DNA of 32,000 bases from Clostridia bacterium (GCA_017450465.1 JAFSUW010000022.1:30410-62409); one strand, 5' to 3'; counted from the stretch's first letter, positions 1 through 6,729 are shown. The notes: generated by a model from the sequence alone, not told the origin. Numbers and translations are program-made.

Positions 1-20
1 CAAAATTAAATAATATCATT

Positions 21-1226
21 CTAATCCCTTTCAAAATCTATAAAATCATAACTTCGTTCTATCTTGCTTTCAACAACAACCTCTATTGGTACAGTTTTGA
101 AAATGCTTTCAAAATTATCTTTTATTTTTCTATATTTATACGGATGTTTTATTTTTAACTTTTCTTCAAAATTTAAAAAATCTGCATTTAACTCTTGCGA
201 TTTCTTTATGACATTCTCTATCTCTTTTTCTATTATATTTGCTAACTTTTCTTCAAATTTATTTACTAAATCTATGCTTAATTCTTCATCTTGTAAAACC
301 ATTTGAATGATATTGCTCTTATTTTTATTTTTCACAATTATTTTAGTAAGCATGTCACCATCAAATTTAAAATCAAAGTTTGTATTAGAACTAATTATTT
401 CTAACGACACTTCATTTTTGTTTTCATTTTCACCAACAATAGATATCACTGTATTACTAACTAAATTATTAACAAAATTAGCTGCTCTTGCTTCAGTTAA
501 ATTTAAATAATCTATTAATTTTGAATTTTTAAAAATTGCAAAACCTGCAAACTGTAAAACACTATTCGATTCTTTTTTATTCGAACTTTCTACTTCCCAC
601 TCTGTATTATATTTATTATCTCCCGCTGGCATTAGTGTAGGAATTAATCCGGATTTATTTTTAGTCACTAATAGTGGCAATATATCTAATATAGTCTCTT
701 CTTTACTATAACTAAATGAATTTATATTTTTAGTTAAATTATTTAATACATCTGAAATTTTCTCAATGGATTCTGTTTCATTTTGCATTAAATCACTTGC
801 ACTCATTTCTCTTGCAATAAAAACTTCCGATGTAAGCCGAAGTTCAACATCTCGCACAATAAAATCTATTGCATTTAAGAAATTATTTTTCGCCATATCC
901 TCGCCAATTATTACATACTTAATATGACCACCAGTAAATTGTTTAGATTTATAGTTTTGCAATGCACGAAGTGCTTTTTCAAAATTAGATGAACTAATAC
1001 TTACAACCTCTTGGCTATTACCATCTTCCCCCTCTTTTTTATCTGTACTTTCATCACGAACTATGCTAAGTAAAATATTTTCTTTATTATTATCAAGCCC
1101 TATTACTCGTACTGGTTCTAAATCACTTACTTCTAATCTTTTGGGGATGATTTTATCATTCCATGCAACAAGTATAAAAATAAACAAAATAAAAACAATA
1201 ATCTCTGTTTTATTATTCATCATCAT
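21..1226 (-). CDS. Spore germination receptor C subunit, Ger(x)C family
   Basis: 401-aa ORF overlapping the upstream A-subunit gene by 14 nt (translational coupling). N-terminal hydrophobic anchor ending ...LVAWNDK, which resembles the GerAC/GerKC ...GCW[DN] junction but lacks the Cys. Long polar K/N/E-rich body typical of the family. Confidence 0.75.
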   Translation of the reverse strand: MMMNNKTEIIVFILFIFILVAWNDKIIPKRLEVSDLEPVRVIGLDNNKENILLSIVRDESTDKKEGEDGNSQEVVSISSSNFEKALRALQNYKSKQFTGGHIKYVIIGEDMAKNNFLNAIDFIVRDVELRLTSEVFIAREMSASDLMQNETESIEKISDVLNNLTKNINSFSYSKEETILDILPLLVTKNKSGLIPTLMPAGDNKYNTEWEVESSNKKESNSVLQFAGFAIFKNSKLIDYLNLTEARAANFVNNLVSNTVISIVGENENKNEVSLEIISSNTNFDFKFDGDMLTKIIVKNKNKSNIIQMVLQDEELSIDLVNKFEEKLANIIEKEIENVIKKSQELNADFLNFEEKLKIKHPYKYRKIKDNFESIFKTVPIEVVVESKIERSYDFIDFERD

Positions 1227-2694
1227 TCATTCCTTTATTACTTGGTACTGCAATAATCGTATCATGCAAAACTTTTCTTCCCTCATTTGCAACAAATGGG
1301 ACAAGGTAAGGGACACCGAGTACTTCCATCTGGCTTAAATAATACACAATTACCATTATGCCAAAGGATAATCCAAATAGTCCAGCAATTGATGATGCAA
1401 TAACTAGCAATAACCTACAGATTCTAAAACTGTTCGAAAGCGGTTGATACGGCATTACAAAATCTGCTATACCCGCTATTGCTATTACTACAACTACAGC
1501 TGGTGATATTATTTTTGCATTGACTGCTGCGTCCCCTATCACCAAACCACCAATTATAGAAATGGTTGCACCAATAGATTTTGGTAATCGCAAACTTGCT
1601 TCAAGTAATATCTCAAACGCAAGTAGCATTCCAAGTACTTCAAGCGTTGTTGGGAATGGTACACCTTCCTTACTCTCGATTATTGAAGCAATCAAACTTG
1701 CCGGTATCATTTCATGATGAAATGTAGTAATTGCAACATAAAAACCTGGCAAAATTAATGTTAACGTTGCACAAAAATATCTCATAAAACGTATAAAAGA
1801 ACTAATGAAATAGTTTTCGTCGTAATCTTCTGGGGCCTGAAAAAACATATTAAATACACCAGGGACAATATATCCTACTGGTAACCCATCTACCAAAATC
1901 CCCACTTTTCCATCTAATATATTTGAACAAAATTTATCTACTCTTTCAGTAAATAAAACTTGTGGAAAAAATGAATATTTGTTATCGTTTATCGCATTTT
2001 TTAAAATATTAGAAGATATTACATCTTCAGATTTAATTTTTTCTATTCTTGATATGACTTTATTTAGTATATCCTTATCTGTAATATTAGTAAGGTAAAC
2101 TACTTGTATAGACGTTTTAGTGGTTATTCCTACAGTAATGTCAAAAAATCTTAAACTTACAGATTTTACTTTTTTTCTAATTAAACTTGTATTCACTCTT
2201 ATATTTTCAACAAACGCCTCTTGTGAGCCAAGTAATGCACTCTCATTTGGTGGAGTCGTAATACTTCTACCTGCTAATTTTTTTGCGTCAAAAACTACTG
2301 CTTTCTTTAATGAATCAAAAACAAGTACTGTTAACCCCTTTAATATGCTATCTACTGCCTTTGATAAATCTTCTACTATTTTTTGATCAAAGTGATATAT
2401 TATACCATCTGTAACTAAGTTAAATAATTCTTTTTCATTTTTTGCTCTCAATACTTTTTCATTAGACGCTAATGGTTTTAAAATAAAATTATCAACAATA
2501 TTTGTATCAACCATACCATCTATTCCAAATGCAGTGATATTAAAATCTTTATCATTATTTATATAAACTTTTTTTACAATTATATCTGAACTATCTCCTA
2601 AAACTTCTTTTACGTTTTTTGAAGATAAACTTCCAAGAATTTCATTGTCTTTAGTAAATTCTACTTTTTTATTTATTCGCCAAAAATTAAACAT
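1213..2694 (-). CDS. Spore germination receptor A subunit (GerAA/GerKA family)
   Basis: 493 aa. Soluble N-terminal half with GerA-family stretches (RSITTPPNESALLGSQEAFVENIRVNTSLIRKK, FPQVLFTERVD), then a C-terminal half with about 5 hydrophobic helices. Coupled to the Ger(x)C gene. Confidence 0.85.
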   Translation of the reverse strand: MFNFWRINKKVEFTKDNEILGSLSSKNVKEVLGDSSDIIVKKVYINNDKDFNITAFGIDGMVDTNIVDNFILKPLASNEKVLRAKNEKELFNLVTDGIIYHFDQKIVEDLSKAVDSILKGLTVLVFDSLKKAVVFDAKKLAGRSITTPPNESALLGSQEAFVENIRVNTSLIRKKVKSVSLRFFDITVGITTKTSIQVVYLTNITDKDILNKVISRIEKIKSEDVISSNILKNAINDNKYSFFPQVLFTERVDKFCSNILDGKVGILVDGLPVGYIVPGVFNMFFQAPEDYDENYFISSFIRFMRYFCATLTLILPGFYVAITTFHHEMIPASLIASIIESKEGVPFPTTLEVLGMLLAFEILLEASLRLPKSIGATISIIGGLVIGDAAVNAKIISPAVVVVIAIAGIADFVMPYQPLSNSFRICRLLLVIASSIAGLFGLSFGIMVIVYYLSQMEVLGVPYLVPFVANEGRKVLHDTIIAVPSNKGMNDDE

Positions 2695-2714
2695 ATTTCC
2701 TCCAATTACTTATT

Positions 2715-2743
2715 TAGTATGAGGAATTTTAAAAATTTTATTC
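2715..2743 (-). promoter_or_regulatory. Forespore-type (sigma-G/sigma-F-like) promoter upstream of the germinant receptor operon
   Basis: Minus-strand sense reads GAATA-17 nt-CATACTA. This matches my memory of the sigma-G consensus (GnATA / CATnnTA). It ends about 20 nt upstream of the GGAGG RBS of the A-subunit gene. GerA-type operons are classically sigma-G dependent. Confidence 0.45.
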
Positions 2744-2830
2744 TATTTTTGATTTGATAGCAAAATATTGCATATCAAAAATTAATAATATATAATAAAT
2801 TCATAATTTACATACGAAAGGAAAATTTAT

Positions 2831-3199
2831 ATGGAAATACTTGAGAATTTTTTAAGTCAATTTGTTGGAGTTGCTATTATTCTTTTTGAGTTTACTGGTG
2901 CTGTTGTTATCACTCTTGCCGGTATTAAAGGTGTTATAAACCTTCTGACACGTAACCCTAAAACAAGATTAAACTTAGCTTACGGTCTTGCAATGGGACT
3001 TGAATTTAAGCTTGGTAGTGAGATTTTAAGAACTGTAGTTGTCCGTGAGCTTTCAGAAATTGTTATTGCAGGTTGCATTATTTTACTTCGTGCTGCATTA
3101 ACGCTCTTAATCCATTGGGAAATTCACAATGAAGAAGCAAACGAAAAATTAAATGAAGAAATAAAAACTAAAAAAAGTTTTTTCAAAAATAACGGGTAA
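2831..3199 (+). CDS. Small membrane protein, DUF1622-like
   Basis: 122 aa with hydrophobic helices and a charged C-terminal tail. AAAGGAAAA RBS-like purine run about 8 nt upstream of the ATG. Resembles DUF1622 family members. Confidence 0.55.
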   Translation: MEILENFLSQFVGVAIILFEFTGAVVITLAGIKGVINLLTRNPKTRLNLAYGLAMGLEFKLGSEILRTVVVRELSEIVIAGCIILLRAALTLLIHWEIHNEEANEKLNEEIKTKKSFFKNNG

Positions 3200-3215
3200 C
3201 ACCCGTTATTTTTTT
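3185..3215. terminator. Bidirectional intrinsic terminator shared by convergent genes
   Basis: AAAAATAACGGGT-aac-ACCCGTTATTTTT: perfect stem with an A-run on one side and a T-run on the other. It overlaps both stop codons (3197-3199 plus strand, 3206-3208 minus strand). Confidence 0.75.
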
Positions 3216-4489
3216 ATGCCATAAAGTGAAGATAAAACTTCAAAATTCGTCCTAAAGTAATTTGTTATTGTCCAAAAACTTACTCCTCCTAAATCATATT
3301 TATTTACTAATCGTAACCTTGCCTCTATGCTTCTTGCATCATCAAACCATACTATATGTAACTTTCCATTTTTATCATAATAATTAAAATATGGTGCTTG
3401 AGCTTTAGAATCATATTTTATTTCCGCCCCTACATCTATTGCAAGATTTACCGCCGCTATGTTAGATAGACTCCTTGCTACTGTTCCTTGCCTATATGGC
3501 AAAGTCCAATCATAACCATAATTAGGCATTCCCATAAGTATTTTAAGAGGCGGAATTCTTGTTACTGCATATTTTAACACTTGCTCTACTCTATTTATTG
3601 GTGCTACCGCTTGTGGCTCACCTCTACTATATCCCCATTCATAAGTCATTAAAACAACAAAATCGGCAAGGGTTCCATGAAATGCATAATCATGTGCTTC
3701 ATATAATAAGCCCTGTTGATTATCACTTATTTTAGGTGCTAGTGCAGTTGATATAGTATAACCCTGTGGCTTAAAACGTTCTACTACTTTTCTTAGAAAG
3801 TTATTATAATTTTCTTTATCTGATGGATAGATATATTCAAAATCTATATTAATTCCAGAATATCCTTTACTTTTTAAGAGATATTCAATATTTCCAAGTA
3901 AAGTATCCTGTACTTCTTCACTATTCAGTATTAAACTTACCAATTCACTATTAAAGCCACCACTTTCACCTATATTAGTTATAACCATAAATGGCAAAGT
4001 GTTTTCCGCTCTTGCCATTCTTATTATATTTTCATCATTAATAGGTACAAGTAATCCATTTTCACGCACTTCATAACTAAACACACTTAAGAAAGATAAA
4101 TAGCTAAGTGACATCTTTAACGTGTTCATATTTATACTTGGAAATGCATAACCATTAACATATATATTTTTTAAAACCTCATTATTTTTAGGGACTATTA
4201 TTTTTTGTCCTGGATAAATTCTTCCTGGGTTTTTTATATCTGGATTAACCGCAAGAATTTGCGACACACTTATATTATATCTTCTTGCTATTCTATATAA
4301 ATTTTCACCATTTTTTATTACATATGTTATATATTCTGCCGGTATAATAAGAGTTTGCCCAATGGTAAGCTTACTTGCATCCTTAAGCTGGTTTATATCT
4401 ATTATTTTTTCTTCAGGTACATTATACCTATTTGCTAATTTATATACCGTATCATTTCTTATTACTTTATGTATAAACAAATAAATCAC
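3206..4489 (-). CDS. sleL: Spore cortex-lytic N-acetylglucosaminidase-like protein, two LysM domains plus GH18 domain (YaaH/SleL type)
   Basis: 427 aa. Two N-terminal LysM repeats (TVYKLANRYNV...GQTLIIP and NLYRIARRYNI...GQKIIVP). GH18 catalytic motif GINIDFEYI. Long stretches matching my memory of B. subtilis YaaH (YEAHDY, DFVVLMTYEWGYS, PQAV.PI, YGYDWTLPY, AQAPYF, VWFDDARSI). The annotated GTG start may instead be the TTG three codons downstream. Confidence 0.85.
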   Translation of the reverse strand: MIYLFIHKVIRNDTVYKLANRYNVPEEKIIDINQLKDASKLTIGQTLIIPAEYITYVIKNGENLYRIARRYNISVSQILAVNPDIKNPGRIYPGQKIIVPKNNEVLKNIYVNGYAFPSINMNTLKMSLSYLSFLSVFSYEVRENGLLVPINDENIIRMARAENTLPFMVITNIGESGGFNSELVSLILNSEEVQDTLLGNIEYLLKSKGYSGINIDFEYIYPSDKENYNNFLRKVVERFKPQGYTISTALAPKISDNQQGLLYEAHDYAFHGTLADFVVLMTYEWGYSRGEPQAVAPINRVEQVLKYAVTRIPPLKILMGMPNYGYDWTLPYRQGTVARSLSNIAAVNLAIDVGAEIKYDSKAQAPYFNYYDKNGKLHIVWFDDARSIEARLRLVNKYDLGGVSFWTITNYFRTNFEVLSSLYGIKK

Positions 4490-4544
4490 ATCCTTTTATA
4501 ACAAATATATGTCTTGTGATTTATTTTCATAACAAATTTTAAAC

Positions 4545-4584
4545 AAAAAAAATGGCGCGGCCTCCATGTTTTCGGTGCCACGCC
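4545..4584 (-). terminator. Intrinsic terminator ending the large ncRNA
   Basis: Sense: GGCGUGGC-A-CC-gaaaacau-GG-AG-GCCGCGCC, an 8-bp GC stem with one G-U plus a 2-bp extension, followed by A-UUUUUUUU. Confidence 0.8.
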
Positions 4585-5207
4585 TTTATATGTTCGATAA
4601 GCCAATGCGCCTTTGACCTACCGCTTTATAAGTTCCAATACTGCCGATTCTCCGTCTTGAACTTTCAACTTGATGGATATTTCCCCTCTTTAATAGCACA
4701 CCACTCGGGCCGGCTTTACCCGGAACACTTCGGCGTTACTTCACAAGACCCTCGACGCGCCACCTCTTCGACTGACCTGGCACGTTTTAAGCACCACGCC
4801 CTTCGCGGGGGGTATGACACCTCGCTTTCCCTTAGCACACTTCCCGCCTCGCCCTACGCTTTGGCGTTCCTGCACCACTGGAATAGCCCTGCTACTATAT
4901 CGCTATCTTCAAGGACAAACACGTCCTGCCTGGACTTCCACCTACCACATCGCACATAACTTAGCCGCTATCTATCACGTCTCATGCTCTTGCACTGTAC
5001 TCTCGCGTCGCTGCTACTCCATATGTTTCGTCCACAACGCTCGCACCTTGTGCTCCAGCACTCACTCGTGCCAAACAGCTTTCCAAGCTACCTTCGCTTT
5101 TCGTGCTACAACATCGCCCCGCTACTCCATATGTTTCGTCAAGGGTTCATTAGCACTCACGGTAAGTTTCTTTTCCAGCCCCTCCCTCTTCGGGAAGGAT
5201 ATCAACT

Positions 5208-5241
5208 AAAAAGCTCTGCTTCGGGAAACCAAAGCAGAGCT
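5208..5241 (-). terminator. Riboswitch expression-platform terminator (internal to the large transcript)
   Basis: Sense: AGCUCUGCUU-ugguuucccg-AAGCAGAGCU, a perfect 10-bp stem, followed by UUUU. The left arm and loop (GCUUUGGUUU) are complementary to aptamer segment AAACCAAGC, giving an alternative antiterminator pairing. Confidence 0.65.
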
Positions 5242-5257
5242 AAAAATTCAACTCACT

Positions 5258-5346
5258 TTCTTCGGCAACCCGGCTTCCATAGTCTTTCGACTTTAGGACC
5301 GATGGCTTTGTGCCCCAAGCTTTCGCTTGGTTTACCATTTCGGAAC
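5258..5346 (-). promoter_or_regulatory. c-di-GMP-I (GEMM-I) riboswitch aptamer
   Basis: Sense: GGUAAACC-AAGC-GAAA-GCUU-GGGGCACAAAGCC-AUCGG-UCCUAAAG-UC-GAAA-GA-CUAUGGAAGCCGGGUUGCCGAAG. It aligns block by block with V. cholerae Vc2 as I remember it: GGCAAACC-AUUC-GAAA-GAGU-GGGACGCAAAGCC-UCCGG-CCUAAACC...GGUAGGUAGCGGGGUUACCGAUGG. P1 hairpin carries a GAAA tetraloop. P2 carries the CCUAAAG/UAUGG tetraloop-receptor halves. Confidence 0.85.
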
Positions 5347-5356
5347 TTACAAATAT

Positions 5357-5386
5357 ATTATATCATTTATTAACATAAAAAGTCAA
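5357..5386 (-). promoter_or_regulatory. Sigma-A promoter of the riboswitch/large ncRNA transcript
   Basis: Sense: TTGACT-18 nt-TATAAT with an extended -10 (TGATATAAT). The predicted start is near G at 5350. Confidence 0.7.
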
Positions 5387-5419
5387 TACTTTTTTGAAAT
5401 TTTTTTTACTTTTTTTATT

Positions 5420-6037
5420 TTACTCCTCTTTCGCATAATTATCCGGTATTTCAAACAGTTTTTCATCAACTTCATTTGTGCATTTTACTACCTCAAAAAT
5501 ATTTTCTTTTATTTCAAGATACTCAAATGCTCCATCATAAATGTTGTAATAAAATCTTATTATATCATCATCTTTTTTTATTTCTTCATAACTATACTGT
5601 GCACCCATTATTTCTGCTAAACCACTTTCAAAATCACTATAATTCATATCTGCTATTGATTTATCAAATAGTATAAAATCATTTGAATAATCCATGTCTT
5701 CGTTTAATTTATATGTTTTGTTATCATGGTAGATAGTATAAAACTTACCATCTTTTTTTAATGTTCCTACAGAAAGTAACCCATCTACCCTTGTGTAAAT
5801 ATCTTCACCATTCTTGGCATATGTCATATTTATTTTTTCAAGACCATTTGCTATATCTTCAATTAAAGCAAGTTCCACTAAAAATGGTTTATCTGCATTT
5901 ATTTTTGTTTGATATAAAGTTATTGTTTTCCTTTGTGTAACCTCATGTGGTGACACATCTGGTTTTAATATTAAAAGTAATGCTACTATTATAATTATTA
6001 CAATTATAGTAATAAATCTTTTTCGCTTTTTATTCAT
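5420..6037 (-). CDS. Hypothetical membrane-anchored or secreted protein
   Basis: 205 aa. Basic N-terminus (MNKKRKRF) followed by a single hydrophobic helix, then a soluble Y/D/K-rich domain. GGAGGAATA RBS upstream. No family recognised. Confidence 0.5.
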   Translation of the reverse strand: MNKKRKRFITIIVIIIIVALLLILKPDVSPHEVTQRKTITLYQTKINADKPFLVELALIEDIANGLEKINMTYAKNGEDIYTRVDGLLSVGTLKKDGKFYTIYHDNKTYKLNEDMDYSNDFILFDKSIADMNYSDFESGLAEIMGAQYSYEEIKKDDDIIRFYYNIYDGAFEYLEIKENIFEVVKCTNEVDEKLFEIPDNYAKEE

Positions 6038-6098
6038 TTGTATTCCTCCATATAATTTAATTAACTAAATTATATAATTTTATTTTTTATTATTCAAC

Positions 6099-6130
6099 AA
6101 AAAAAATAAGGGCGACTTAAAATCGCCCTT
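6099..6130 (-). terminator. Intrinsic terminator downstream of hsp20
   Basis: Sense: AAGGGCGA-uuuuaag-UCGCCCUU followed by AUUUUUUUU. It starts about 10 nt after the stop codon. Confidence 0.8.
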
Positions 6131-6139
6131 ACTCGCCTC

Positions 6140-6565
6140 CTATTCAATTGAAATGTATTTTTTAGTTTCCATTTGTTTTGTTTCTTCTTTAGGAAATGTT
6201 AGATTTAATATACCATTATTATATGAAGCTTTAATGTCTTCTTGTTTTATTGAACTTCCTACATAAAAGCTTCTTGAACATTCACCAGAAAATCTTTCTT
6301 GACGGATATAATTTCCTTCACTATCTTTTTCATCAACATTTTCATTTTTTGTAGCAGATATTGTTAAATATCCATCATTTAATTCTGCTTTGATGTCTTT
6401 CTTATCATATCCAGGTAAATCCATTGTAAGCATGTAGTTACCATCTTTTTCTTTTATATCTGTCCTCATTAATGCTTCTTCTCTACGTGAATGTGCAAAA
6501 AATGGATCACTAAAGAAATCATCAAATCCACTCATTCCTAAATTTTTTCTTGGTACTAACATCAT
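6140..6565 (-). CDS. Small heat shock protein, Hsp20/alpha-crystallin family
   Basis: 141 aa with an alpha-crystallin domain pattern (TDIKEKDGNYMLTMDLPGYDKKDIKAEL...GYLTISA...ERFSGECSRSFYV...I.ASYNNGILNLTFPK). Confidence 0.9.
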   Translation of the reverse strand: MMLVPRKNLGMSGFDDFFSDPFFAHSRREEALMRTDIKEKDGNYMLTMDLPGYDKKDIKAELNDGYLTISATKNENVDEKDSEGNYIRQERFSGECSRSFYVGSSIKQEDIKASYNNGILNLTFPKEETKQMETKKYISIE

Positions 6566-6686
6566 AACGCATTACCCCTTTCAAATTTCGTGTGTTGAAT
6601 CCTAAATGGGATAGCACATCATTTATTATAGTTTACTCGGAATAGTTTTTTTATACATTTTTTCTATTTCTTTCAACTACAAACAT

Positions 6687-6729
6687 ATTATAGAACTAAA
6701 AATTAGCACTGTCAAGAAGAGAGTGCTAA
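6687..6729 (-). promoter_or_regulatory. CIRCE (HrcA operator) inverted repeat overlapping a sigma-A promoter
   Basis: 6703-6729 reads TTAGCACTg-N9-GAGTGCTAA, against the CIRCE consensus TTAGCACTC-N9-GAGTGCTAA. On the minus strand, TTGACA lies in the CIRCE spacer and right arm (6710-6715), followed by a 17-nt spacer and TATAAT (6687-6692). Confidence 0.8.

Larger units (their letters stand above)
4545..5350 (-). ncRNA. About 0.8 kb GC-rich structured noncoding transcript: 5' c-di-GMP-I riboswitch followed by a roughly 650-nt body of unassigned class
   Basis: Bounded by a near-consensus promoter (5357-5386) and a strong terminator (4545-4584). G+C is roughly half by eye, against clearly AT-rich flanks. 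No ORF of 60 aa or more on the sense (minus) strand. The only ORFs are antisense, overlap in several frames, and are R/H/C/P/S-rich, unlike the K/N/I-rich local proteome. Many short GC helices capped by GAAA/GNRA-like loops. Confidence 0.8.

Noticed and set aside
4760-4850. Stretch AAGGGAAAGCGAGGUGUCAUACCCCCCGC ... GCCAGGUCAG with loose similarity to the cobalamin riboswitch core
   Set aside because: The GGUG..AAUCC, CCCCCGC.ACUGU and B12-box elements are not reproduced in order or spacing. The similarity comes only from G/C-rich words.
4925-4945. GGAAGUCCAGGC in the large RNA resembles the RNase P P4 segment GGAAAGUCCGGGC
   Set aside because: No other RNase P core elements could be recognised. 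The RNA is about twice the size of RNase P RNA and begins with a riboswitch, so the short match is judged coincidental.
4545-5205. The body of the large RNA could be a group I ribozyme fused to the c-di-GMP aptamer, by analogy with the C. difficile allosteric ribozyme. It could alternatively be a group II intron remnant.
   Set aside because: I could not identify the P/Q/R/S core elements, a P7 guanosine site, a plausible U-G splice-site helix, or a domain V motif. The RNA also ends in a strong terminator before any ORF. It is kept only as something for a covariance-model search to exclude.
4552-5373. Three overlapping plus-strand ORFs of 135, 131 and 129 aa (4552-4959, 4814-5209, 4984-5373)
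   Set aside because: They overlap each other in different frames and lack Shine-Dalgarno sequences. They encode R/H/C/P/S/T-rich sequences unlike the K/N/I/E-rich proteins of this genome. They are the expected antisense artefact of a GC-rich structured RNA gene on the minus strand.
5327-5676. Plus-strand ORFs of 97 aa (5327-5620) and 66 aa (5476-5676)
   Set aside because: They are low-complexity F/I/Y-rich translations antisense to the 205-aa minus-strand gene and to the RNA promoter, with no RBS. This is typical AT-rich shadow ORF behaviour.
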